From Candidatus Hadarchaeota archaeon (GTDB lineage: Archaea > CAYQAE01 > CAYVLA01): DNA of 40,098 bases. Position numbers and translations under genes: made by a program. The stretch covers positions 1 through 40,098 of the forward strand of contig CAYVLA010000019.1 of assembly GCA_964452145.1 (NCBI GenBank). The letters run 5' to 3'. Of the stretch, positions 1-8,479 are shown one piece after another. Each line of letters starts with the position of its first letter. Within the stretch, counting starts at the first letter, position 1. Below the pieces are notes generated by a model. That model was given only the letters and a program-made list of their open reading frames with translations, was not told where the DNA came from and did no database searches.

Positions 1-382
1 TCACAGATCCATACCCCGCATTCCCGAGGCCCACGATGCCACCGCCCTGGTTGAAGTACCAAAGGGTGCTGCGCACGATCCTGTCGGCCTTCAGCTCCCA
101 GGTCGTCATCGCCATGACGACGCACTTCACCTGCGGGAAGTAGAGAAGCGTGTTCATCAGGTCCTGATCGCCAACCAGGACGATCTCGGCCTTGCCCGCC
201 ATCCTCGGATCGCTCTCTATCAGCTCGGCAAGGGCCTGGCCGTATTGGCGGAGCTCCTGAGCCCCGGTCTTGGGCCCGTGGTATATCAGTATCACCGGCT
301 TCGCCGTCTCTTGAGCCAAGAGAACTGGACAAACCATGAAGGCTACTAGCATTCCTATGATTACTGTTCCTGTCTTTTCCAT
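1..382 (-). CDS. Secreted ThuA/class I glutamine amidotransferase-like domain protein, 3' end beyond window; paralog of 1620..2600
   Basis: Not in the ORF track. Manual translation: MEKTGTVIIGMLVAFMVCPVLLAQETAKPVILIYHGP...YGQALAELIE...LYFPQVKCVV...WYFNQGGGIVGLG. Signal peptide, GGTGG SD, open to window edge. Aligns by eye with PTIWIYTG/FAQALASLIE/LPQTQCVI/FFEAGGGLIGL of 1620..2600. Confidence 0.8.
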   Translation of the reverse strand, partial: MEKTGTVIIGMLVAFMVCPVLLAQETAKPVILIYHGPKTGAQELRQYGQALAELIESDPRMAGKAEIVLVGDQDLMNTLLYFPQVKCVVMAMTTWELKADRIVRSTLWYFNQGGGIVGLGNAGYGSV

Positions 383-433
383 CGAACCACCCATCCAGCT
401 CGCTGGATGTCTGCTTTCTACTGCAGCCCGCCC

Positions 434-451
434 TATATTTAAACTTTTTTA
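434..451 (-). promoter_or_regulatory. Archaeal BRE+TATA promoter for 1..382 gene
   Basis: Minus strand reads AAAAAAG-TTTAAATA about 55 nt upstream of the ATG at 382. Confidence 0.65.
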
Positions 452-736
452 TCGAGCATCGGGACGGAGGGGCTTGGGCTGTGCACTGGGGCCCGTTGGC
501 CGATGGGCAGCCCGTTCACAGGGCCTCCGTGCGTGCCTCCCGCCTTCAGGCGCAATCGAACAGGCTCAGATGCAATGCCGTGGATTGGTCGCTGGGCTCA
601 CTGGAACGGGCCGGGGGGATCATTGCTCCATCGTATCCCCTGCACACGTACTTCGCCTGCCCCTTTCCGGTTTCTTTCCCGAAAGAAATAAGAAACAGCT
701 CAAACACCCCAGCCCTACCCGTCAAGTGGTGGCTTC

Positions 737-1615
737 ATGAAAGTTGATAAACGGATACTCGGCCTTGCAGCCGTTTCGCTAATACTCTCCACCCTCATAA
801 TGCTCACGATAGCCAGGGAGAGAATAGAGAAGCCGGTGGAGATTCTCAAGAACGATTATCCCACAATACTGGAGCAGAATCGAAAGGGGACGTTCAGCTT
901 CGCCATGGTCGCCAGGGAGAAGTTCGAGAACCTGCAGCTGAGATTCTCCATTCTAAGCCAGGTGAATCTCAAGGTGCCCGAGATGATCAATCCCCAGAAG
1001 GCCTATAACGCCACCGACAGCCCGAAGGAGGTACTCGACAACGTCGTGAAGATCCGGTGGCTTGAGAACGAGACGGCCTACATGGGGCTTGAGCCGGAGA
1101 GAATCGAGCACCGCTTCCAACTGGGCGGCCGGGAATGCAAGATGCTGGTCTACGACTACAGCGTCGTGCTGGAGTACGTCTCGGGACGGGAATCGATTCT
1201 TGCCGCCCCCCTGATCTACGCAGGCATCATAGATGATCAGGGCGAAGCCTACTTCCTGGCCGGCACCTCCGACTTCTTCTTCACCCCACAGAAGAACGTC
1301 GTGTCCCTGAGCGTGTCCCACAACGCAGAGGAGCAGAACTATCTACCGGACGAACAGATCTGGGAGGGGGCGACCCGCATGCCCCTGTCGCAGGCGCCCC
1401 AAGGAGGGGTGTTGGATTACGCCGGCGTCGGCAAGGACGACACCTTCTCCGTCATCTTCACCGTTGAGGCGGATGCCCAGAACCTCCCCTACGGCTTCCC
1501 GTCCTTGACTTCGCCAAAGAAGCTCAGCATAACCTTCATGCAAGCGATTAGGATCTACCTTGACGGAAGGCTCTACGAAGAGCCCATGTTCAACGTCATG
1601 GGGGCCCAGAGGTGA
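737..1615 (+). CDS. N-terminally membrane-anchored hypothetical protein; paralog of 15229..16056
   Basis: 292 aa ORF, GGTGG SD, N-terminal hydrophobic helix. Shared blocks EILKNDYP, GTSDFF, SLSVSHN, APQGGVLDYAGVGKDD. Confidence 0.85.
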   Translation: MKVDKRILGLAAVSLILSTLIMLTIARERIEKPVEILKNDYPTILEQNRKGTFSFAMVAREKFENLQLRFSILSQVNLKVPEMINPQKAYNATDSPKEVLDNVVKIRWLENETAYMGLEPERIEHRFQLGGRECKMLVYDYSVVLEYVSGRESILAAPLIYAGIIDDQGEAYFLAGTSDFFFTPQKNVVSLSVSHNAEEQNYLPDEQIWEGATRMPLSQAPQGGVLDYAGVGKDDTFSVIFTVEADAQNLPYGFPSLTSPKKLSITFMQAIRIYLDGRLYEEPMFNVMGAQR

Positions 1616-1619
1616 TGTT

Positions 1620-2600
1620 ATGAGATGCGTTCTCCTGGCCATGGCGATGTTGGTCCTCATTCCGTTCGCGATGGGAGCGAACTCGCAGGTGAGGCCCACG
1701 ATCTGGATATACACCGGCGCGGACACTGGATTTGCTCAGGCACTGGCATCGCTGATCGAGGCGAGTGAGGCGATAGACAGCGACGTCAAGATCGTGAATA
1801 GCGCCGAGACGCTGGCCCTTGCGGCCTCTCTTCCCCAGACGCAGTGCGTGATCGCCTATGCGGCCAACAAGGCCGAGATCACCGGAATGGATCCGGCCCT
1901 TATCACCTTCTTCGAGGCTGGAGGGGGATTGATCGGGCTCAGGGAGATGTGCTACAGGCCCTCGGCGGGCGATCTGGCGATCAAGGTCTTCCCCACCCAC
2001 GCCAACGGGTCTGTGCAGCAGTACGTGGCCGGCCAGAAGCGGGCTAGGAACTACACGAAGGCCGATGCAGGCGAGATAACGGCCGGCCTTCCGGACAGGT
2101 TCGAACTGATCGGAATGGGGATCTACTTCTCCGTCGGGCCGGACGGGAAGTATCTGCCCGTTCCGGGCGACTACCAGGTCCCCTTCAGGGATGGTGAGAC
2201 AGGTGCTCCCATCGTCCTTGCCTACGAGAGCGAGAGAGGAGGCAGATCGGTCGCGTTCCCGGCCGTTTGGGTCGTGTCAGCTTCAAGGGTCGACATATAC
2301 TATGGGAACCTCGTCAATGACGAGAACTTCGCCCGCCTATTCACGAACTGCGTACTCTGGGCGGCCCAGGGAAGCTCCCGCTTTGCGGAGGTAAGCAAGG
2401 ACCTTGATGTGAAGTTGGAGGAGGCAAGGACCAGGCAGGCAAGGCTGATCAAGCAGGCGGAAGAGGCCAGAAAGAAGGAGAACCTGCAGCGAACACTTCT
2501 CCTAGTGGCCGTATGGGCGATCGGCCTGCTGGTGTGTGGCCTGGTTGTGAAGAAAGTGATCCTTGCTCCGATCGAGGTCGAGTCTCGGGAGGGCGTGTGA
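1620..2600 (+). CDS. Secreted ThuA/GATase1-like domain protein with coiled coil and C-terminal TM anchor
   Basis: Start moved to ATG 1620 after GAGGTGA SD. Signal peptide MRCVLLAM..., FFEAGGGLIGL and GGRSVAF...LFTNCVLWAA motifs typical of ThuA-like folds, charged helix, then TM LLLVAVWAIGLLVCGLVV. Confidence 0.8.
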   Translation: MRCVLLAMAMLVLIPFAMGANSQVRPTIWIYTGADTGFAQALASLIEASEAIDSDVKIVNSAETLALAASLPQTQCVIAYAANKAEITGMDPALITFFEAGGGLIGLREMCYRPSAGDLAIKVFPTHANGSVQQYVAGQKRARNYTKADAGEITAGLPDRFELIGMGIYFSVGPDGKYLPVPGDYQVPFRDGETGAPIVLAYESERGGRSVAFPAVWVVSASRVDIYYGNLVNDENFARLFTNCVLWAAQGSSRFAEVSKDLDVKLEEARTRQARLIKQAEEARKKENLQRTLLLVAVWAIGLLVCGLVVKKVILAPIEVESREGV

Positions 2601-2618
2601 TCCCGAGTGTGATCCCGA
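2595..2618. repeat. 12-bp perfect tandem duplication (GTGTGATCCCGA x2) over the stop codon
   Basis: Directly visible at 2595-2606 and 2607-2618. Confidence 0.7.
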
Positions 2619-2800
2619 AAGAGGCATCCGATCCATCCCGCAAGAGTTCCTTTCGATGGACCCCAGCCCTATTGTTCTTCTCCAGCTCTCACATCGCGCC
2701 ATGTGGCGCCGCCCCGTCTTCTGGGAAACGCGCGTCTTCCTTCTGACCTGCTGCGCGAGGCCCGTCTGGCTGTTGCAGCGAAGACTGCGTCTAGAAGGAT

Positions 2801-2826
2801 GATATAGAAAAAGAAGAAAAAAAGAA
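2801..2826 (-). terminator. Oligo-T/pyrimidine-rich archaeal terminator of the beta-propeller gene
   Basis: Minus strand TTCTTTTTTTCTTCTTTTTCTATATC about 15 nt after the stop at 2841. Confidence 0.65.
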
Positions 2827-2840
2827 CGGTTCTTCTCGGC

Positions 2841-4226
2841 CTATTCGCTTCGCTTCCTGAAGCCTACGACGACCGCGAATGCGACTGCTGACGCTGCCAG
2901 CTCGGGGATCGGATAGACCGCGTTGTTCGTCGGGCTCTTGTACCAGTACGGCCAAGGCATGAGCTTCGGATTGATCTTGGCGCCCGCTGTAAGAACCTTG
3001 AATGGTTCGCTCCATGCCTGCGCCACGATCTCTACGTATCCCCTGCCCGTGATGTCTCCCGCGGAGGGCGCCGACGCGGTGAGCCACTCAGGCCACACCA
3101 TCTTCTCCGCGCCAGTTGCACCATCCAAGACCATCACGCATCCGTTCGGGTAAGCGGTCGACTCGTTGCCTTCGGCCGGGACGATGACGTCAAGCTTGCC
3201 ATCGCCGGTGAAGTCCAAGACCAGTATTCCGGTCCAGACCTCCTCCGGAAGCTTCCTGTGCCAGAGCTGTTTTCCGTCGTGTCTGACCGCATGGACATTG
3301 CCAATCCAGTCGCTGATGATGATCTCGATGCACCCGTCGCCGGTCAGGTCGGCGGCCGCGAATCCGGCCTCGTGCTTGCCAGCCTTCTCGTGGACAGCCC
3401 AGTGATGTTGAGCTATCGGGAATCCCCACGCCTCGGTGCCGTAGAAGGTCAGCATGTGCAGGTATTTGTCGTGGCTCGGCACGGCAATCTCGTATTCGCC
3501 GTCCTTGTTGAAGTCAGCGATGATGGGGGCTACGGAGTGCGTCATGCCGCCCATCGGGAATCTCCACTTCTCAACGCCCGTGTTGCTGAGGCAGAACACA
3601 TTGCCGTTCGCGTCCGCCGCTATGATATCAACCAAGCCATCCCTATCCACGTCCCAGACGACAGGAGTCTCCCCTTTCGCCGTCATCTTGTATGACCACA
3701 CCATCTTGCCCGTCGAGTCAACGACGAACACCGTATCCCCGCCGCAGTACACAGCTTCCAGTTTGCCATTGCCGTTTATGTCGAACAGAACAACCGATGC
3801 GTCGGTGGCCGTGCACTCGAACTTCCACTTGCGCGTCCCGGTAGCTGCATCGATGCAGTGTAGGTCCTTGCTTCTGCCCTGGCCGAGTATCTCGTACTTG
3901 CCGTCTCCGTCCATGTCGCCGATGCACGGAGAGTACATCTGATCGTCGGGCAGACCGTCCTCCGTCATCGGCGGGAAGACCCACTTCACCGACCCATCGG
4001 CGCCGTTTACGCACAGAATGCGCCGCGAGTCCTTTCTGAAGGGGATCACGATATCCATCTTCCCGTCCCGATCGACGTCGAACGCGTTCAGCCCGCCCAG
4101 GCAGGTCTGGTGAAGCCCGTAGGGGTCTCTGTACACTTTCTCCCAAACCAACGTCAGGTTCGGCACCGCGTACGCTGTAGCTGTCGCCAGTAGAACTGCA
4201 ATACACAACAGTATGCCTTTTTTCAA
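2841..4226 (-). CDS. Secreted FG-GAP/PQQ-like beta-propeller surface protein with C-terminal PEF-CTERM-like anchor
   Basis: TTG start with AGGAGGAGG SD, signal peptide, about 7 DxxxDGxxEI Ca-binding repeats interleaved with GxxKW motifs; C-terminus PIPEL + hydrophobic stretch + RKR. Confidence 0.85.
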   Translation of the reverse strand: MKKGILLCIAVLLATATAYAVPNLTLVWEKVYRDPYGLHQTCLGGLNAFDVDRDGKMDIVIPFRKDSRRILCVNGADGSVKWVFPPMTEDGLPDDQMYSPCIGDMDGDGKYEILGQGRSKDLHCIDAATGTRKWKFECTATDASVVLFDINGNGKLEAVYCGGDTVFVVDSTGKMVWSYKMTAKGETPVVWDVDRDGLVDIIAADANGNVFCLSNTGVEKWRFPMGGMTHSVAPIIADFNKDGEYEIAVPSHDKYLHMLTFYGTEAWGFPIAQHHWAVHEKAGKHEAGFAAADLTGDGCIEIIISDWIGNVHAVRHDGKQLWHRKLPEEVWTGILVLDFTGDGKLDVIVPAEGNESTAYPNGCVMVLDGATGAEKMVWPEWLTASAPSAGDITGRGYVEIVAQAWSEPFKVLTAGAKINPKLMPWPYWYKSPTNNAVYPIPELAASAVAFAVVVGFRKRSE

Positions 4227-4267
4227 TTTCCCTCCTCCTTTGTCTCGCTAATAACCCTACAAAGGGT

Positions 4268-4298
4268 GGTTTTATGAGAACCTCCTTCTATAAAACCC
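4268..4298. promoter_or_regulatory. Inverted repeat overlapping the TATA box of the beta-propeller gene
   Basis: GGTTTTAT(G)AGAA-cctcc-TTCTATAAAACC; the minus strand carries GAAAGGG-TTTTATA (BRE/TATA). Confidence 0.5.
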
Positions 4299-4401
4299 TT
4301 TCGGGCACCCCTGACCTGTGTGTTCTCGCCCCTGATTTGACAGAGCCGACTGAAGCGGCAGTCGAGTCGGCCCCCCGATCACGGATAGCAGGAATATCCG
4401 A

Positions 4402-4756
4402 TCATGGAGCGGGTCCCTTCTCAGAGCTTCCGATGACCCCTCGCCCCGGATGCCGGGCATCAGCCTCGGGCCTGATCCCTTCAAGCACTCTCCGCATGTT
4501 GCCGCCCAGTATCTGCCTCTTCACGGATTCCTTGATGTCGGCGCACGCTATTGGCGCAAGCCCCAGGGCCGGATCAAGGTCCGTTAGGTCCGAGCCGAAC
4601 ACTATCCTGGCGGGGTCCACGCGATCGACAAGGGCTTCCACGGAACGGTACCCCAGCGGTGCGCAGGTGCACTGGAGGATGTTGTCCGACTGGTTGACCA
4701 CGCCGGCGTAGGCCAGGGCATAGTGACCGATGATGAAACCTGCACTGGGGTGGGAC
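4402..4756 (-). pseudogene. 5'-truncated amidohydrolase family 2 remnant
   Basis: HPSAGFIIGH...RIVFGSD...KRQILGGNMRRVL are C-terminal amidohydrolase motifs. No N-terminal HxH half or plausible start; abuts the prs stop. Confidence 0.7.
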
Positions 4757-5653
4757 CTAGGATTTGCGCTGCAGGTTCTCGGCAAGAAGCCGGTCGATGC
4801 TCACGACCCGGACGCTGCTGGGCACCGTGTCGGTTCCGATGACCTCAAGCGCACCCGACTGATGTATCAGGCTCAGCGCACCCCCGATCAGCAGGGGATG
4901 TGTGCAGGCAGCTATGATCACCTTCGCTCCGGCTTCCTTCGCCAGGGAGATGGCTGTGGCCATCGTCCCGCCGGTGCTGATGATGTCATCAGCGATGATG
5001 ACGTCCCGGCCCTTAACATCCAATACCTCGGTGGATATCTCGACCTCCTCGGGTCCTTTCCGGACCTTGGTCATCACCGAGAACTCGGCGCCGATCTCCT
5101 TGGCCATGGCCTTCGCCCATTGTTCGGCCTCCTCATCCGGGGCTATCACCTTTGGGTCGTCCAGAGAGTAGTTATTGCGTATGAACTCGCCGATCGCCGG
5201 CATGGCCGTCAGGTTGTGGACCGGAATCTTGAACATCGACTTGGCGTCCGTGACGCGGTGGAGGTGGAGATCCACGGTGTAGATTTCGTCAACTCCGGAG
5301 AGTTCGATGAATTTCGTGACCACCCTGAAGCTGACAACCTCCCCCCTCTTGAAGCTTGTGTCCTGTCTGCTGTAGGCGAAGTAGGGTATGACCGCGGTGA
5401 TCTTCGACGCGCCGAGCTCCGAGAGCGTGTCGGTGAGGAAGAGCATCTCCATCAAGAGCCGATCCGGCATGAACCCCATGGTCTGGATCAGAATGACATC
5501 CTTCCCCTCAACTGGCGTGTGAATGCGTAGGTACTTCTCGCCGTCCGGGAATGTCTTGATCTCCACGTTGCCGAAGACCGCGCCCATCTTGTGAGCCACG
5601 CGAGCAGCCAATCCCTGCGAGCCCGAGCCTCCAATCACCATCTGCTCGTCCAT
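4757..5653 (-). CDS. prs: Ribose-phosphate pyrophosphokinase (PRPP synthase)
   Basis: FPDGE, PYFAYSRQD, VDLH, APDE, DDIISTGGT, GTDT motifs. Start moved to ATG 5653, about 26 nt after a TTTATATT box. Confidence 0.95.
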   Translation of the reverse strand: MDEQMVIGGSGSQGLAARVAHKMGAVFGNVEIKTFPDGEKYLRIHTPVEGKDVILIQTMGFMPDRLLMEMLFLTDTLSELGASKITAVIPYFAYSRQDTSFKRGEVVSFRVVTKFIELSGVDEIYTVDLHLHRVTDAKSMFKIPVHNLTAMPAIGEFIRNNYSLDDPKVIAPDEEAEQWAKAMAKEIGAEFSVMTKVRKGPEEVEISTEVLDVKGRDVIIADDIISTGGTMATAISLAKEAGAKVIIAACTHPLLIGGALSLIHQSGALEVIGTDTVPSSVRVVSIDRLLAENLQRKS

Positions 5654-5678
5654 AGGCTCGTCGGTTGGGCCATCAGGC

Positions 5679-5690
5679 AATATAAAGGTA
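5679..5690 (-). promoter_or_regulatory. TATA box for leaderless prs
   Basis: TTTATATT on minus strand about 26 nt upstream of ATG. Confidence 0.6.
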
Positions 5691-5754
5691 TTTGCATCTG
5701 CATCGCATCGGCATCTACTCGGCCGCTGACATGCAGTCCAGAAGGGTGCGGGGC

Positions 5755-7089
5755 TCACGCCATTCTCGTGTGCGCCTTGATGGCGATCAGTCCACCGATG
5801 GCGATCAGCCCGACGGCGGCGTAGTAACCTCCGAAAACCGCCTGCCTGGTCAGACCCACGAAGGGCGCTGCAAATAGCAGGAGGGCCAGCATCATGACCC
5901 CTCCATACGAGCTGCCAGGATTGAGATAGGTCAGAAGCCCGCCGGCCATTCCGCACAGAGCGAAAATGAGGCTCACGGAGAGAAGCGTCCCGCTGAAGAA
6001 CGAGACATCGCTGGCTATGGGCAGGGCCTCGGCCCTGGTGATCATCAGGGTGTAGGATGCCAGCGCCAACCCGGCCCCGAGGAAGCCCAGCATCATGGCA
6101 GCCTTGTGATCAAGGGTCGCAAAGACCGTCGGCTTCTCGTAGGCTGGGCGGGCGACCTCTGCGGGCTTGAGGTTCAGAAGCCTGTCCACATAGGGCAGCC
6201 TGCCGAATATCCTGACTCCTTCACGTTCGGAGTAGTGCATCATGTAGGCCTTGCCGTAGTAGTTCAGGCGCATGGCCTTATCCGAGATCCTCATCGGCCT
6301 TCCGCAGTAGGCGCACAGCTCCGCGCCCTCATCACCCCTTTCCCTGAGACCTCCGACGAAGCGCGAGATGGATAGCAGGTTTTCTCCCTTGGAGGTCACA
6401 TTGATGATCCCGCCGGCCACCTCCAGAACTCCCTGCCGCTCCAGATCCGAGATCGTATGCTCCATGGGTGCCCGATCCATGCCGCCCGGAAGAAGGCTTG
6501 AAAGCTGGTCGCGGGTGAATCTGGGCCCGAATCGATGCCTCGCTTCGACGAGAGGTTGCACCGAGGAGGCAAGCTGCATGACCTCCACGCGCTTCTCGCG
6601 CGTGAGGGGCTTGAGCATGGTGAACTGCTCCTGGTAGATATCCCGACCCATCGCTATGCCGAGCAGTCCCAACACCGCTGAGGCGGCGGTGGTCGTTGCC
6701 TGACCTGTGCCGAGAAGGGATGCCAGGGCCGACACAAACGATCGTCCTGCAGCTCTGCTGTTCAGGAGGGCATCAAATGCGGATGCCGACGCAATCGCGA
6801 AAACGAAGCACACCGCGCAGATCACCCACAGCAGAATGCCATCCTTGGTCTGGAAGCTCACCTTCTCCCGGTCCAGATCCTGGGAGAAGTAGTAGCCCGC
6901 AGCGGCCCCCCCGATAAGGTAGCCAACAAGCTGGATGTAGGAACCGAATGTGCGGAAAGGCGGGAAGACTCGCCCCAGCATGACGAGGCCGAACATCACC
7001 AAGAAGGCGTATGCCGCATTCTTGAGGTAGCTTCTCCTCACCAAACGGGCGATGTCCCGGGAAGCATGCTCCTCGCTGGACGAGGACAT
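5755..7089 (-). CDS. Multi-pass membrane protein with central winged-helix-like segment and CxxC...H TRASH/YHS-like metal finger
   Basis: About 4 N-terminal TMs, ISDLERQGVLE...VTSKG (wHTH-like), CAYCG...YYGKAYMMH, about 4 C-terminal TMs. TTTAAA box about 25 nt upstream. Confidence 0.8.
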   Translation of the reverse strand: MSSSSEEHASRDIARLVRRSYLKNAAYAFLVMFGLVMLGRVFPPFRTFGSYIQLVGYLIGGAAAGYYFSQDLDREKVSFQTKDGILLWVICAVCFVFAIASASAFDALLNSRAAGRSFVSALASLLGTGQATTTAASAVLGLLGIAMGRDIYQEQFTMLKPLTREKRVEVMQLASSVQPLVEARHRFGPRFTRDQLSSLLPGGMDRAPMEHTISDLERQGVLEVAGGIINVTSKGENLLSISRFVGGLRERGDEGAELCAYCGRPMRISDKAMRLNYYGKAYMMHYSEREGVRIFGRLPYVDRLLNLKPAEVARPAYEKPTVFATLDHKAAMMLGFLGAGLALASYTLMITRAEALPIASDVSFFSGTLLSVSLIFALCGMAGGLLTYLNPGSSYGGVMMLALLLFAAPFVGLTRQAVFGGYYAAVGLIAIGGLIAIKAHTRMA

Positions 7090-7591
7090 CGAGTCCCGGG
7101 GTCCCCACGCGCGTTTAAATGTATTCTAGAAGGCGAAGACGGAGCTTTAGAGGCCCCAGCATGCACCTCCCGGCCAACGAGAAGCTCCCTCAACATGGGG
7201 CCGATCCGGTCCACTGCCCGTACCACCCCGGGCAGCCGGGCACATCCATCTCGATCCCACGGACTGGCTCGCATCCATCCCGGGCGCGTCGGCCAAGCCT
7301 TGCATTGGGCACGGTAGCCGCTTGTACAGAGACTGCTAAGGTCGAAGTGCTGGATTGAGGTCGTCAAAGAAGCGCCCGCCAGTGCTAGCGAACAGGAGCA
7401 ACGCTCTGTCTCACCAGCCTCAATGCAGATGTTGCCTCTCGGCTTCAACGCCTTGCCCTGCAATTCCAAGCCACATGTGGGCCTTCGCTCTCCGGCATTA
7501 TGAATTCCCGCAGGAGCACGAACATGAATATGACATGAACACATGGGAATAGATTTACAAGCGGCAACCCGGAGATCGCCAGTGAGATCGC

Positions 7592-8464
7592 TTGAGCCGG
7601 CAGGTCAAGTTCGCCATACCAACCGGAAGTCTGCAGGGATCGGTTCTCTCCCTCCTACGCGATGCCGGATACGACATCGACCTGCAGCCGCGGTCCTATC
7701 GCCCCCAAATCAACGATGGCGAGCTTTGGGTCAAGATGCTACGGCCCCAAGAGATCCCGTCCCTGGTCCAAGACGGCATCTATGACGTCGGCATCAGCGG
7801 AAAGGACTGGATGCTCGAAACCGGGGCCAGCATCGAAGAACTCCTCGATCTGGGCGTGGGCAAGTTCAGCATCGTCTTCGCCGTCCACGAGAGCTCGCCG
7901 ATTCGGGGACCGGGCGATCTTGCGAAGGCGAGGGATCTACGCGTATCCACGGAGTACGTGCATCTCACCAAGGCTTACCTCCAAGAGCTGGGCGCGAAGG
8001 GGGCGACTGTGCACTTCTCCTGGGGTGCCACGGAGGCAAAGCCTCCCGAGGAGGCCGACGCCATAGTGGACGGCTTTGAAACCGGCGCAACACTTGCCCA
8101 GAACAGGCTCAGAGTCGTCGGCGAGGTGCTAGGTTCCAGCGCAAGGTTCTTCGCATCTAGGAGCGCCCTGAAGGACGCGTGGAAGAGGAGGAAGATTGAG
8201 GGGATGAGGATCATGCTCTCCGGGGCGATACTGGCAAGGGGCAAGGTCCTGCTGAAGATGAATGTGCCCTCCGGCAAGCTCGATCAGATAGCCGGCATGG
8301 TTCCGGCAATGGAGCGGCCCACGATCTCCAAGCTCTACGGCGAGGACTGGTATGCGTTGGAGACGGTGGCCGAGAAGAGGGGGCTTGTCCAGCTCATACC
8401 CAAGCTGAAAGAGGCCGGAGCCAAGGACATCATCGAGTACGATCTGAAGAAGGTCATCCCGTGA
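7592..8464 (+). CDS. hisG: ATP phosphoribosyltransferase (long form with C-terminal regulatory domain)
   Basis: AIPTGSL, RPQEIP, DVGISGKD, GATE, DAIVD..ETGATL..NRL, PTISKL motifs. Confidence 0.95.
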   Translation: MSRQVKFAIPTGSLQGSVLSLLRDAGYDIDLQPRSYRPQINDGELWVKMLRPQEIPSLVQDGIYDVGISGKDWMLETGASIEELLDLGVGKFSIVFAVHESSPIRGPGDLAKARDLRVSTEYVHLTKAYLQELGAKGATVHFSWGATEAKPPEEADAIVDGFETGATLAQNRLRVVGEVLGSSARFFASRSALKDAWKRRKIEGMRIMLSGAILARGKVLLKMNVPSGKLDQIAGMVPAMERPTISKLYGEDWYALETVAEKRGLVQLIPKLKEAGAKDIIEYDLKKVIP

Positions 8465-8479
8465 TCGGGGTGAGGGTTC

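Noticed and set aside
5654..5956. N-terminal extensions in the ORF track for prs (also radA, trpB2, permease, DGC, SagB, ArsD-like)
   Set aside because: They overlap promoters or neighbouring genes; downstream starts fit family length and SD/TATA spacing.
7090..7474. Short ORFs between the membrane protein and hisG, including a CPYHP motif
   Set aside because: No complete B-box or other domain, no SD; composition looks non-coding.
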